64,000 nt of DNA, from the NCBI GenBank assembly GCA_963700145.1, contig OY969474.1, forward strand, positions 3,840,001 through 3,904,000, in the 5' to 3' direction. Both the position numbers and the translations under genes were made by a program. The DNA is from an uncultured Acidobacteriota bacterium. GTDB lineage: Bacteria; Acidobacteriota; Thermoanaerobaculia; Multivoradales; UBA5704. Shown here piece by piece: positions 30,750-40,605 of the stretch. Under the pieces are notes generated by a model, which ran no database searches, was not told the origin of the DNA, and was given only the letters and a program-made list of their open reading frames with translations. Numbering within the stretch: the first letter of the stretch is position 1; the number at the start of each line of letters is the position of its first letter.

Positions 30750-33344
30750 CTACTTCAGCTCTACCTCCTCCAGCTTGCCCAAGTAGAGCGCGTTCCACAG
30801 CATCTTCAGCGTGCGCAGGGTCTGGGCGCGGTGCTGGGGGCGGAAGGCGAAGAGAACGACTCGGCCCTTGCCGACGGTGAAGTCGACGAGGGCGACGCGC
30901 CGCTCGAGCTTCTCGCCGCCTTTCAGGTAGCCGGAGAGGAGGATGTCGCGCGCGTCGCCGGGGTAGGTGGCGACGAGGCGGCGGGTGAAGCGGGCGTCGG
31001 TGGGGGAGGTCTCGAGGGCCGGCGAGTCGGAGAAGTAGATCCCCTCCTCGGGCTCCAGGCCGTAGGCGATCGGGTGGGTCGGGTCGAGCCGCACGCGCAG
31101 GGTCGAGCCGGGGGCGTGGAAGTCGTCCTCGGAGACCTTGGCGAGGACGTCGCGCGCCGGCAGCGCGAAGAGGTCGAGGACGTACTCGGCCGCCGAGTCG
31201 AGCGCCACCAGCGTCCCGCCCTCCTCGACCCACTTCTTGATTTGCTTTCCCCCCTCCTCGCCCAGGCCGCCGGCGTAGGGCGGCGGCAGCGGGTCCCAGA
31301 AGCGGCGCGACTCGTCCGAGGAGGGCTCGCCCTTCTGGAGAATGTCCTTGCCGACGTCGGGCAGGAGGAGCACGTCCACCTTGCCGCGGAAGGCGCCCTT
31401 CCGCACCTCCTCGTTCTCCAGGCTCTCGAGCGGGAAGCCGTAGCGCTCCAAGAGGAACCGCGTCCACCCCTCGTCCATGCTCGCCACCCACGGCTTGTAG
31501 AGCCCGACGCGCACCGGCCGCACGCGGTAGGCGGGACCGACCGGGGCGGCGGCGAGCGGCGCCACCGGCACCCGCGCCGCGCGCGACAATTCGGTCAGCT
31601 CGCCGGGCGTCGCCGCGTCGCGCGGCACGTAGAGGTCGCCGCGGCCGGCGTCCGCGGTCCCGGCGGCCGGCTCGCGCAGCCAGTAGACCGCCTTGCCGCC
31701 GGCGAGCAGCTTGTTGAGCGCGACGAACGCCGAGTCCGCGGCGTGCGGGATGAGCCAGCCGCCGGCCGCCGCCGCCACCTCGCCTCCCGGCCACTCCACC
31801 TCCGCGACCGCGCGCAGCTCGCCGCGCGGCGGCTCCGCCGCCTCCACCACCTCGACGCCCATCTGCAGCGGGAAGGACCAGGAGGTGACGTCGTAGGGCG
31901 GCAGCACCGGCCCGCCTTCGTAGGCCACGACCTCCGGGTAACGCTGCGGGCGGAGGACCGAGAGGAGGAAGGCGCGGTAGGACTGGGCGGCGGGGACGAC
32001 CCAGGTGCCCGCCGGATAGGTGGCGCGGCCCGCGGTCACCGGCCCCGTGGCGCGCTCCACCCGCACGCCGTGCCGCAGCAGCAGCTCGACCAGGCGCGCC
32101 GCGGCCACCGGGTCGTGCTGCCCGGGCGGCACGAGGAAGGCGTACGGCGGCTCGCTGCCGCCGCGCGCGATCGCCTCGCTCGCCATGCGCCAGGTGTTGC
32201 GCAGCAAGTCGGCGCGGTGCGTGGCCGAGGTCTCGAGCAGCGCCTTCGTCGCCACCAACTCGTACTCGACGATGTCGCGCAGCCGCCACCAGCCGCCCTC
32301 CCAGGGCGAGGGGTAGTTGGCGCGCCGGCCGTACTCCGGCAGCCCCTTCTGGCCGCCGCGCAGCTCCTCGGCCGCGACGTGCAGCGGCGAGGCGAGGTTG
32401 GCGCTCGCCACCTCGGTGAGCAGGCCGGTGACGTTCTTCCACCAGGCGGTGTTGCGCGTGCCGCCGATCCAGTAGCTGTCGAAGATCATGTTGTTGCCGA
32501 CGCCGCGCTTGCCGGCCTCCTCCAGGCGCACGCTCATCGCCGTCCCCAGGAGGTCGGCCTGGCGGAAGATCAGGGAGTGGACCTCGGGAGCGAGTGGGTC
32601 GGTCTGCGGCGGCACGAACATCCGCGGCCCGACCGAGCCCATCTGGTGCTCGTCCAGGAAGACCTGCGGGAACCAGCGGTGGTAGAGCAGGTCGTTGACC
32701 GCCTGCGTCTCCTTCTGCGTCAGCATGGCGAAGTCGCGGTTGTCGTCGTGGCCGACGTAGTGGTGGTAGAGCCAGGGCATCGGGCCGCCCTCGTAGGGCG
32801 TGCCGAGCCACTTCCGGTACCAATCGACGACGAGCACCTGGCCGTCGGGGTTGATCGAGGGCATGAGGAGGAGGACGACCTCGTCGAGCCAGCGCAGCGT
32901 CTCGGGATCGGTGGCGGTGGCGAGGTCGTGGACGAGCTCCATCGCCATCTGGGTCGAGCCGACCTCGGTGGAGTGGATGGAGCAGGTGACGAGGACGATG
33001 GCCTTGCCCTCGGCGACGAGGGCCTCGGCCTCGGCGGGGGAGAGGCCGTCCGGGTGGTGGAGGCGGCGGGCGATCTCGCGCAGGCGCGGCAGGTTCGCCT
33101 GGTTGGCTTCGGAGGTGACGACGACGACGGGGATCTCGTTGCCGAGGGTCGAGGTCCCGGCGACCTCCATCGAGACCCGCGGCGAGGCGGTGTCGACGAG
33201 CCGCAGGTACTCCACGACCTTCGGCCAGGGGGCGAGCTTACGGTCGGCGCCCACCTCGTGCCCCAGGAAGGCCGCCGGGGACTGGATCTCGGCGGCGCCG
33301 GCCGGCACCGCCAAGAGCAGAAGAATCAGCGCTGTGCGTGGCAT
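30750..33344 (-). CDS. Secreted M14 zinc carboxypeptidase family protein
   Basis: SIHSTE, NPDG, DDNRD, DEHQMG; signal peptide from ATG 33344. Confidence 0.88.
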   Translation of the reverse strand: MPRTALILLLLAVPAGAAEIQSPAAFLGHEVGADRKLAPWPKVVEYLRLVDTASPRVSMEVAGTSTLGNEIPVVVVTSEANQANLPRLREIARRLHHPDGLSPAEAEALVAEGKAIVLVTCSIHSTEVGSTQMAMELVHDLATATDPETLRWLDEVVLLLMPSINPDGQVLVVDWYRKWLGTPYEGGPMPWLYHHYVGHDDNRDFAMLTQKETQAVNDLLYHRWFPQVFLDEHQMGSVGPRMFVPPQTDPLAPEVHSLIFRQADLLGTAMSVRLEEAGKRGVGNNMIFDSYWIGGTRNTAWWKNVTGLLTEVASANLASPLHVAAEELRGGQKGLPEYGRRANYPSPWEGGWWRLRDIVEYELVATKALLETSATHRADLLRNTWRMASEAIARGGSEPPYAFLVPPGQHDPVAAARLVELLLRHGVRVERATGPVTAGRATYPAGTWVVPAAQSYRAFLLSVLRPQRYPEVVAYEGGPVLPPYDVTSWSFPLQMGVEVVEAAEPPRGELRAVAEVEWPGGEVAAAAGGWLIPHAADSAFVALNKLLAGGKAVYWLREPAAGTADAGRGDLYVPRDAATPGELTELSRAARVPVAPLAAAPVGPAYRVRPVRVGLYKPWVASMDEGWTRFLLERYGFPLESLENEEVRKGAFRGKVDVLLLPDVGKDILQKGEPSSDESRRFWDPLPPPYAGGLGEEGGKQIKKWVEEGGTLVALDSAAEYVLDLFALPARDVLAKVSEDDFHAPGSTLRVRLDPTHPIAYGLEPEEGIYFSDSPALETSPTDARFTRRLVATYPGDARDILLSGYLKGGEKLERRVALVDFTVGKGRVVLFAFRPQHRAQTLRTLKMLWNALYLGKLEEVELK

Positions 33345-33407
33345 GGCGGCGGAGTGTAGCGTGGAGCCCGGGAGGCGGGGCATGGCAGCCGGATTGCTTT
33401 TGTTCTA

Positions 33408-34100
33408 GTGGCCATGCTCTCGCATCGCCCTCTGGGGGCCGCTCTCGGAGCCCTGACCGTGCTGCTGCTGGCCGCCGCGCCGGCCGGGGCGCGGAACCAC
33501 CGCGACGAGGAGTTCCGCTACCGCTGGCGCCTCACCAACCTCATGGGGACCGTCGCCGGTCTCTTCCTGCCCAACAGCGGCGAGGGCTCGCTGAGCATCA
33601 AGACCCAGGAGAACGGCAACCTCAAGACCGAGCTCCTCATCACCTCGCCCAAGAGCAAGGAGGGGGAGTACTGGCGCTACGGCTCCGAGATCGACCCCGG
33701 GAGCCTGCGCGCCCTGCGCGCCTGGAGCGACTACACCTTCCGCGGCGAGAGCAAGAGCAAGAACGAGCGCATCCGGCAGAAGGACGTCCTCGACATCGCC
33801 TCCGGCATCTACTCGATCCGCCGCAACCCGCCGGCCAAGCCGCGACGGATGGAGATCTGGTCCGACGGCCGGGTCTACCAGGTCGTCGTGACGCCCGGCG
33901 GCGAAGAGATGCGGCAGCTGCCCGGCGGCGCCGTCAAGGCGCGCCACTACACGATCCGCGGGGTCCCCGGCGCCGGCCGGCGCTGGAAGGGGAAGCTCGA
34001 CCTCTGGCTCGCCACCGACGAAGCCGCCACACCGGTCGAGATCCGCATCAGCCGCAACCTGGCCGACGTCCACCTGCAACTCGTCGAGCCGGTGGGATAA
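33408..34100 (+). CDS. Secreted hypothetical protein (DUF3108-like)
   Basis: Signal peptide, EEFRYRW, DIASGIYSIR, LDLWLATD..TPVEI. Confidence 0.6.
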   Translation: MAMLSHRPLGAALGALTVLLLAAAPAGARNHRDEEFRYRWRLTNLMGTVAGLFLPNSGEGSLSIKTQENGNLKTELLITSPKSKEGEYWRYGSEIDPGSLRALRAWSDYTFRGESKSKNERIRQKDVLDIASGIYSIRRNPPAKPRRMEIWSDGRVYQVVVTPGGEEMRQLPGGAVKARHYTIRGVPGAGRRWKGKLDLWLATDEAATPVEIRISRNLADVHLQLVEPVG

Positions 34101-34124
34101 CTTTCCAAGAGGAGGAGGGAGACC

Positions 34125-34760
34125 ATGAAGCAGCTCACGAACGCCCTGCTGTGCTTCGCCGTCGTCGGCCTGCTCGCCGCCGGCTGCGCGCGCAAGGAAG
34201 ACCCGGCGGCCGACACCGCCACGACCGACACGACTGCGACGGAGCCCGCCGTCCCGGGCGGCGAGAGCGTCCAGGTGACGCTCACCGCCGCCAACGATCC
34301 CGACTTCCGCGGCACCGCCACCTTCACCCAGGACGGCACCGCCGTGCGCGTCGTCGTCGATCTCGCCGGCGTCGACGGCGCCGGCAACCACGGCTTCCAC
34401 ATCCACGAGCACGGCACCTGCGAGGCCCACGACGCCTTCCAGTCGGCCGGCGGCCACTGGAACCCGGCCGGCGTCGAGCACGCCTGCCCGCCGACCGAGC
34501 CGCGCCACGCCGGCGACCTCGGCAACATCGAGGTCGGCCCGGACGGCGCCGCCCACATGGAGACGATCGTCGAAGGGCTCACGATCTCGACCGGCGACCA
34601 CGCGGTGGCCGGCCGCGCGCTGATGCTCCACGCCAAGCCGGACGACTGCCAGACGCAGCCGACGGGCGACGCCGGCGACCGCGTCGCCTGCGGCGTGATC
34701 CCCGGCGGGCCGCCGCACACCGCCGACCACACCGCCCACGCCGGCACGACCGGCCAGTGA
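34125..34760 (+). CDS. sodC: Cu/Zn superoxide dismutase lipoprotein
   Basis: Lipobox AAGC; HGFHIH, GGHWNP, HAGDLGNI, LHAKPDD, GDRVACG. Confidence 0.92.
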   Translation: MKQLTNALLCFAVVGLLAAGCARKEDPAADTATTDTTATEPAVPGGESVQVTLTAANDPDFRGTATFTQDGTAVRVVVDLAGVDGAGNHGFHIHEHGTCEAHDAFQSAGGHWNPAGVEHACPPTEPRHAGDLGNIEVGPDGAAHMETIVEGLTISTGDHAVAGRALMLHAKPDDCQTQPTGDAGDRVACGVIPGGPPHTADHTAHAGTTGQ

Positions 34761-36025
34761 TCCGCGCCCTCGCGGCGGCGGGCCTGCTGCTCGCCGCCGC
34801 CGGCTGCGCGCCCGGCGCCGAGGGCACCGCCTCCCCGGGCGGGCCGCGGCCGCTCGACCCGCCCGCCGCCCCGGGCGCCATGGCCCCCAGCCTGGCGCTC
34901 GACGGCGCCGATGTCCTCCTCACCTGGCTCGAGCCCGCGACCGGCATGGCGGGCAAGGCGGAGGGCGCGCACGCCCTCCGCTTCGCCCGTCTGACCGGCG
35001 ATCGCTGGTCGGCGCCGGTCACCGTCGCCGCCGGCGGCGACTTCTTCGCCAACTGGGCCGACTTCCCGGCGGCGGCGCGCGGGTCCGGCGGGCTCGTCGC
35101 CCACTGGCTGGGCATGATCGGCGACGGCACCTACGCCTACGGCATCCGCCTCGCCCGCTCCGGCGACGGCGGCGCCACCTGGCGTCCGTTGGGACCCCTC
35201 CACGACGACACCACCCCCACCGAGCACGGCTTCGTCTCTTACGTCCCCGAAGGCGCGGGCGTGCGCGCCTTCTGGCTCGACGGGCGGGAGACGGTCGGCG
35301 TTGCCGGGCACGGGGAGGAGAAGGAAGGGCCGATGGGCCTGCGCACCGCCCTCATCGCCGGCGCCGCGCCGCCGCGGGGCGAGGTGCTCGACACGCTGGT
35401 CTGCAGCTGCTGCCAGACCGACGCCGCGCTGGCCGCCGGCGGGCCGGTCGTCGTCTACCGCGACCGCAGCGAGCAAGAGGTGCGCGACATCGCGATCGTC
35501 CGCCGCACCGGCCGCGGCTGGAGCGCTTCGGCGACCGTCGCCGCCGACGGCTGGCGCATCCCCGGCTGCCCGGTCAACGGCCCGGCCGTGGCGGCGGCGG
35601 GGAAGAGGGTCGTGGTGGCCTGGTTCACCGCCGCGCCGCCGGGACCTCGCGTGCGCGCCGCTTTCTCGGACGACGGCGGCGCCCGCTTCGCCGCCCCCGT
35701 CGAGGTGGACGCCGGCAAGCCGCTCGGCCGCGTGGACCTCGCGCTGACGCCCGAAGGCGACGCCGTGGTGAGCTGGCTCACCCTCGGCGAGAGAAGCGGC
35801 GAGGAGGGGCAGCGCGCCCGCCTCGGCCTCCGCCGCCTCGGGCCGCGCGGCGCCGGCCCCGCCGTCGCCATCGCCACGACCGGCGCCACCCGCTCGAGCG
35901 GCTTCCCGCGCCTGGTCGTCCAGGGCGAGCGCCTGGTCCTCGCCTGGGTCGAGGACGGCGAGCCTTCCCGCCTCCGCGCCGCCGCCCTGCCGCTGGCCGC
36001 GCTGCCGGGCTTCCCTGGCGCCTGA
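34757..36025 (+). CDS. BNR/sialidase-like repeat lipoprotein
   Basis: GTG 34757, lipobox AAGC, NWADFP, SGDGGATW, EHGFVS, VCSCCQT, GCPVNGP. Confidence 0.8.
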   Translation: MIRALAAAGLLLAAAGCAPGAEGTASPGGPRPLDPPAAPGAMAPSLALDGADVLLTWLEPATGMAGKAEGAHALRFARLTGDRWSAPVTVAAGGDFFANWADFPAAARGSGGLVAHWLGMIGDGTYAYGIRLARSGDGGATWRPLGPLHDDTTPTEHGFVSYVPEGAGVRAFWLDGRETVGVAGHGEEKEGPMGLRTALIAGAAPPRGEVLDTLVCSCCQTDAALAAGGPVVVYRDRSEQEVRDIAIVRRTGRGWSASATVAADGWRIPGCPVNGPAVAAAGKRVVVAWFTAAPPGPRVRAAFSDDGGARFAAPVEVDAGKPLGRVDLALTPEGDAVVSWLTLGERSGEEGQRARLGLRRLGPRGAGPAVAIATTGATRSSGFPRLVVQGERLVLAWVEDGEPSRLRAAALPLAALPGFPGA

Positions 36026-36029
36026 AACC

Positions 36030-36764
36030 ATGGAGGGTAACGAAGTGGAACGAATTTTTCTTGGCGTTCTGATGTCCGTTGCGTTGACTGCCTGCGCGCA
36101 GAGCGGCGGAGAGACCACCGACACCGCCACTGACACCGCCGCTACGACTACGACTATGACCGAGACCACCACCAGCACCGCGGCCGAGACGACATCGTCC
36201 GTCACGCCGCCGGAGCCGCAGCAGCAGGAGACAGCAATGAGCCAGTACGAGAGCAAAGTCGCCGAGATCCACACCAGCGACGGCGAGATCGATATCCGCT
36301 TCTTCCCCGACGTCGCTCCGAACCACGTGAAGAACTTCATCGGCCTCGCCGAGAAGGGCTTCTACAACGGGACGAAGTTCCATCGCGTGATCCCCGGATT
36401 CATGATTCAGGGTGGCGACCCGAACACGAAGGCGGGCGATACAAGCATGTGGGGCACCGGCGGTTCGGGAACGAACGTCAAGGCCGAGTTCAACAGCGTG
36501 CCGCACAAGCGCGGCATCGTCTCGATGGCCCGCTCCGGACATCCGGACAGCGCGTCCTCGCAGTTCTTCATCGTCGTCGCCGACTCGCCTTTCCTCGACA
36601 ACCAGTACACCGTCTTCGGTCAGGTCACGAAGGGCATGGATGTGGCGGACAAGATCGTCTCCGCTCCGAAAGGCGCCAACGATCGCCCGAACAATCCGAC
36701 TTCGATCGATAAGATCGTGATCCGCGACGCGCGCGAGGATGAGAAGAGTCCGACACCGAAGTGA
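36030..36764 (+). CDS. Cyclophilin-type peptidyl-prolyl isomerase (lipoprotein)
   Basis: FHRVIPGFMIQGGDP, SMAR, SASSQFFI, YTVFGQV; LTAC lipobox and Thr-rich linker. Confidence 0.93.
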   Translation: MEGNEVERIFLGVLMSVALTACAQSGGETTDTATDTAATTTTMTETTTSTAAETTSSVTPPEPQQQETAMSQYESKVAEIHTSDGEIDIRFFPDVAPNHVKNFIGLAEKGFYNGTKFHRVIPGFMIQGGDPNTKAGDTSMWGTGGSGTNVKAEFNSVPHKRGIVSMARSGHPDSASSQFFIVVADSPFLDNQYTVFGQVTKGMDVADKIVSAPKGANDRPNNPTSIDKIVIRDAREDEKSPTPK

Positions 36765-36773
36765 CGCGATCCG

Positions 36774-36791
36774 GCATCCGCGAGCGGATGC
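36774..36791. terminator. Hairpin between convergent genes
   Basis: GCATCCGC-GA-GCGGATGC; no clear U-tract. Confidence 0.35.
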
Positions 36792-36821
36792 GCGACCTGC
36801 TGCCGCGAAGACCGCGGGCTT

Positions 36822-37433
36822 TTAGCCCTTTTTCCGCATGACCCAGGTCGTCATGCAGCGCTGATTCTGTACGACGGTCGTCTTGATCGGGTCGATGAGC
36901 GTGCCGTCCAGCGCCTCGGCGAGGCCGAGAAGCCGGGCTTCGTCGACGAGGAAACGCTCGGAGCCGTCCGGAAGGTGAAAGCGGCCTTCACCCAACGGCA
37001 CGAAGCGGCCCTCCATGCCGATCGTCGAAGCCAAACGGCAGAAGAAGAGGCCGTCCCTTTTGAGCAGGCGCCAGCTTCCGTCGAGCATGGCCCGGAAGTG
37101 CGCCGGGCCGCGGGCGAAGTGGAGGACGGCGCTGCTGATCACCACATCGGCGATCCCGGGCGGAAAGGTGCTCGCCTCGACGCTCTCGGCGCGGAAGTGG
37201 TCGGCTGGGATTTGCGGCGCGACTGCCGCGGCGAGCGAGCGGACGCCGGCGATCGCCTCGGCGGACGGATCGAGTGCGTAGACGTCGTATCCCTGGCGCA
37301 GGAAGTAAAGGAGGTTCCGTCCCTCTCCGCAGCCGGCGTCGCACAGGCTCATGCCAGGCGCGATCCGGCCGCGCAGAATCTGATCGACCAGGTAGATGTC
37401 GATCGGACCGAGGAGGGCGGGGAGCTCGAGCAT
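36822..37433 (-). CDS. Class I SAM-dependent methyltransferase
   Basis: IDIYLVDQILRGRI, DAGCGEGRNL, SSAVLHFA; ATG 37433. Confidence 0.88.
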   Translation of the reverse strand: MLELPALLGPIDIYLVDQILRGRIAPGMSLCDAGCGEGRNLLYFLRQGYDVYALDPSAEAIAGVRSLAAAVAPQIPADHFRAESVEASTFPPGIADVVISSAVLHFARGPAHFRAMLDGSWRLLKRDGLFFCRLASTIGMEGRFVPLGEGRFHLPDGSERFLVDEARLLGLAEALDGTLIDPIKTTVVQNQRCMTTWVMRKKG

Positions 37434-37512
37434 CAGCGAGTGTTGGCCCGACCATATCGCCGACGCGGGGTGCGAAGTGACGGCGCAGTGGCTTTTGTAA
37501 CCCGCTCGCCCG

Positions 37513-40050
37513 TCAGGGGCAGTTGCCGATGCCGCTCTTGGCCGAGCCCACGACGAGGTTCGCCTGGACCAGGCCGCCACCGCTGACGCTCAGGTGGACC
37601 CCGTTGACCGTGAGGCCGCCGGTGGGACCAGGGACCTGCTCGTTGAGCACCAGCGAGACCGGGCCCACGGTCACGTGCGTGTTGGGAGCCACGAGCGTCG
37701 GTGTGGCGATCACGACCGTCGAGCCGATCTTGAGGTAGGTGATCGTCGTCGCCCCCGTGGACCCGTCGCAGCTCGTGGTCGAGGTCGCATGCACCGACCC
37801 GATCTTGACGTGGGGAAGGGTGGCAAGCGCGAGCGAGAGATCCGCCACCGAGGCCGCCGCGGTGGAGCTCTCCGGGAACGCCGTCGTGGTCACCGACGCA
37901 CAGAGAGCGTGAGCGTGCAGCGGACCCGAGAGCAGCGTCGCCACACACGGCACCGACGTGCTCGAGTCCAGGGTCGTCGCGATCTCCCCGGTGTCGGGCG
38001 TCGGCGGCAGGTTGATCAGCGGCAAGCCGAGCAGGGTCACGTTCGCCGAGAGGCCGTAGGCGCGCCCGCTCAGCGTCTGGCCCGTGATCACCACCGGCTC
38101 GCTGCCGCACTCCGAGCTGACAGGGAGGTTGGCGAGGTCTCCGTTGTACGTTGCCACCCAGTTGTAGGTCCCGGCGGCGCCCACCTCGACATCGCCCGAG
38201 TCGCTCACGCCTCCAGCGCCCACGGGCACCGTGGTGCTCCAGAGGGCGTTCGAGCACGTCTCGTCCCCCGGGCCGTACAGGGTAAAGGTCACGTTGCCCG
38301 TCGGCGCGAAGCCTCCCGTCAGGGTCGCCGAGTCGGAGATCAGGCCGCCGGCGGGGACCGACGGCGACGCGAGGGTGGAGATCGTCGGGGTGGCCGCGGG
38401 CCGGATGGCCAGGAACCCGCCCGCCGAGAACGAGGGGGCCCCTCCGACCACCATGCAGCCCCCCGCGCCGCACGCGAGCTCCGACAGGCCACCCGCTCCG
38501 TCCGCATACTGGGCCGAGCCGGGGACACCTCCGGAGATCGGAACGATCGCGCCGAATTTGAAGCTGCTGTTGTAGCCCACCGCCACACACGAGGTAGTGG
38601 AGCAGGCGACGCTCGAGAGGAGGCCCGTGCCTGGCACCGTCTGGTACGGGCCCGCCACGCCGTCGTCGATGGCCACGACGGCGCCCTCGGAGCCCGCCCA
38701 GCCGACAGCGACGCAGTGGGAGGCGTCGGTGCAGGCGATGGACGAGAGGACCACGTCCGGGGAAATGAACTGGGCCGGCCCCGCCGTGCCGTCGGTGATG
38801 ACGACGACGAAGCCGTCGATCGGGTTCCCGGTGAACGCGGGGCTCCCGCCGACGGCCCCGCACGTGCCGGGGCTCGGGCAGGCGATGTCGACGAGGTAGT
38901 CCGTCCCGGCGACGACCTGAGCCGGACCTGCGACGCCGTTGGCGATGGGCACGAGGACGCCCTGGTTGTCGGTGGTCCTCCCGGTCGCGAAACACGAGGT
39001 CGCGCCGGGGCACGACACGTCCGAGAGCACCCCGGCGCCGGGCACGGACTGAGCCGGACCGGCGATGCCGTCGGTGATCGGTACGACGGCGGCGGTGCCC
39101 GCTGGGAAGACGCCGGTGACGCCGGTCGCGACACACGACGTCGCGCTGGCGCAGGCGACGTCGTAGAGGATGTCCGGCCCGGGCACGGCCTGCAGCGGGC
39201 CCGCCACGCCGTTGGTGATGGGCAGGAGGACGCCCTCCTCGTCGTTGCTCCTCCCGACCGCGAAGCACGAGGTGGGGCTGGCGCAGGCCAGGCTCAACAG
39301 ATCGGCATCCGGGAAGACCTGCGTGGGCCCCGGGATGCCATCGGTGATGACAGTCAACGTGGTCTGACCGAAACCTGTGACGATGCACACGCTCGGACTG
39401 GGACAGACAACGTTGTCCAGAACGATCGACTCGGGGATTTCCGTCAAGGGATCCGCACGCAGCACCAGGGGGACCAGCGACACGAAGTCGAGCTCGGTGC
39501 CCACGCCATCGCTGGCGGTGGGGTCCGTCCCCTGGAAGCTGAGCGTGGCCGACGAGCCGGTGGCGGTGACCTCGTATTGGTGGACGGACCACTGGAGCCC
39601 CGCACCGGGCGCCCGCGGGCCGAGCGCGTCGACGCCCAGGCCGTCGAAGCCGACGTCCATCTGGTTCTGCGCCGCGGTGGTGCCCGGCCTGGCCGCGAAG
39701 GCGAAGGCCAGCGAGTACGAGGCGCCGGGCGTCGTCGCAACCGCCTGGCTTACCCCGTTCACGCACGTCGTGTTCAGCTCGATGGACTGGCTGCCATCGG
39801 CGGCGGCGCCGAAGGCGTTGCGGTCGATCTCGATGTCGACGTTGCCGGGGCCGCACGAGCCCGTGGGCTGCCACCCCGGGATCGAGCTGAAGAGCTGGAA
39901 GGACCCGGCGATGACGGGATCTTCGAAGCTCCCGTTCACGATCATCGAGCCCGACGGAGCCGCGGCCTGGGCGCTGGAAAGACCGGCTCCGAGGCCCACC
40001 ACCTGAGCGATGACGAAGAGGAGGCGTAAGTTCTGATGCATCGAGCGCAT
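37513..40050 (-). CDS. Secreted multidomain protein (DUF642-like, Cys-containing repeats, Ig-like, choice-of-anchor-P-like C-terminus)
   Basis: VNGSFEDP...DGSQSIELN; about 7 repeats of (V/I)xCxSxxxCxA(V/T)G; TGNVTFTLY; LVLNEQV...LTVNGVHL. Confidence 0.72.
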   Translation of the reverse strand: MRSMHQNLRLLFVIAQVVGLGAGLSSAQAAAPSGSMIVNGSFEDPVIAGSFQLFSSIPGWQPTGSCGPGNVDIEIDRNAFGAAADGSQSIELNTTCVNGVSQAVATTPGASYSLAFAFAARPGTTAAQNQMDVGFDGLGVDALGPRAPGAGLQWSVHQYEVTATGSSATLSFQGTDPTASDGVGTELDFVSLVPLVLRADPLTEIPESIVLDNVVCPSPSVCIVTGFGQTTLTVITDGIPGPTQVFPDADLLSLACASPTSCFAVGRSNDEEGVLLPITNGVAGPLQAVPGPDILYDVACASATSCVATGVTGVFPAGTAAVVPITDGIAGPAQSVPGAGVLSDVSCPGATSCFATGRTTDNQGVLVPIANGVAGPAQVVAGTDYLVDIACPSPGTCGAVGGSPAFTGNPIDGFVVVITDGTAGPAQFISPDVVLSSIACTDASHCVAVGWAGSEGAVVAIDDGVAGPYQTVPGTGLLSSVACSTTSCVAVGYNSSFKFGAIVPISGGVPGSAQYADGAGGLSELACGAGGCMVVGGAPSFSAGGFLAIRPAATPTISTLASPSVPAGGLISDSATLTGGFAPTGNVTFTLYGPGDETCSNALWSTTVPVGAGGVSDSGDVEVGAAGTYNWVATYNGDLANLPVSSECGSEPVVITGQTLSGRAYGLSANVTLLGLPLINLPPTPDTGEIATTLDSSTSVPCVATLLSGPLHAHALCASVTTTAFPESSTAAASVADLSLALATLPHVKIGSVHATSTTSCDGSTGATTITYLKIGSTVVIATPTLVAPNTHVTVGPVSLVLNEQVPGPTGGLTVNGVHLSVSGGGLVQANLVVGSAKSGIGNCP

Positions 40051-40119
40051 GGCTTGCTCCTTGTGTCAAGCGCAAAGTAAGCTGATTCGCAACATTCGCT
40101 TATAGAGTATTCTCTGTAC

Positions 40120-40581
40120 ATGCCCGAACCACGTCCCAGGGTGCTTCTCGCCGACGACCATCCGATGATGCTCCTCGACCCCGACTTCGAGGTGGTCGCG
40201 GCGGTGATGGACGGCCGCGAGCTCCTCGAGGCTGCGCAGCGGCTGCGGCCCGACCTCGTCATCACCGCCATCTCGATGCCGCTCGTCGACGGCCTCGAAG
40301 CCACGCGCCGGCTTCAGACGGCCGTACCCGGCGCGCGGGTGCTGATCCTGAGCGTCGCTCCCCCGACGCCGCCGCTCGTCAACGGGCTTCTCACGCCGCG
40401 CGAGCTCGACACCGTCCGCCTGCTGAGCCGGGGCCTGAGCAACAAGCTGATCGCCCGGCACCTCGGCGTGTCGGTGGCCACGGTCCGCACTCACCTGAAC
40501 AAGGCCTACGACAAGCTGGGTTCGGCGAGCCGGGTGGAGCTGGCGCTCCTCGCGGCCCAGCCTGGCGGTGCCGTGATGTAG
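40120..40581 (+). CDS. NarL/LuxR-family regulator with degenerate receiver domain
   Basis: RVLLADDH, ITAISMP (Asp replaced by Ala), truncated receiver; intact LTPRE...GLSNKLIA...TVRTHL HTH. Confidence 0.7.
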   Translation: MPEPRPRVLLADDHPMMLLDPDFEVVAAVMDGRELLEAAQRLRPDLVITAISMPLVDGLEATRRLQTAVPGARVLILSVAPPTPPLVNGLLTPRELDTVRLLSRGLSNKLIARHLGVSVATVRTHLNKAYDKLGSASRVELALLAAQPGGAVM

Positions 40582-40605
40582 ATGACCAGCGACGTCTTTC
40601 GGCCA

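Noticed and set aside
23356-33359. Very long alternative-frame and antisense ORFs (e.g. 23988-27809, 30456-33359)
   Set aside because: Arg/Gly/Pro-rich shadow frames of real genes, expected at this GC content
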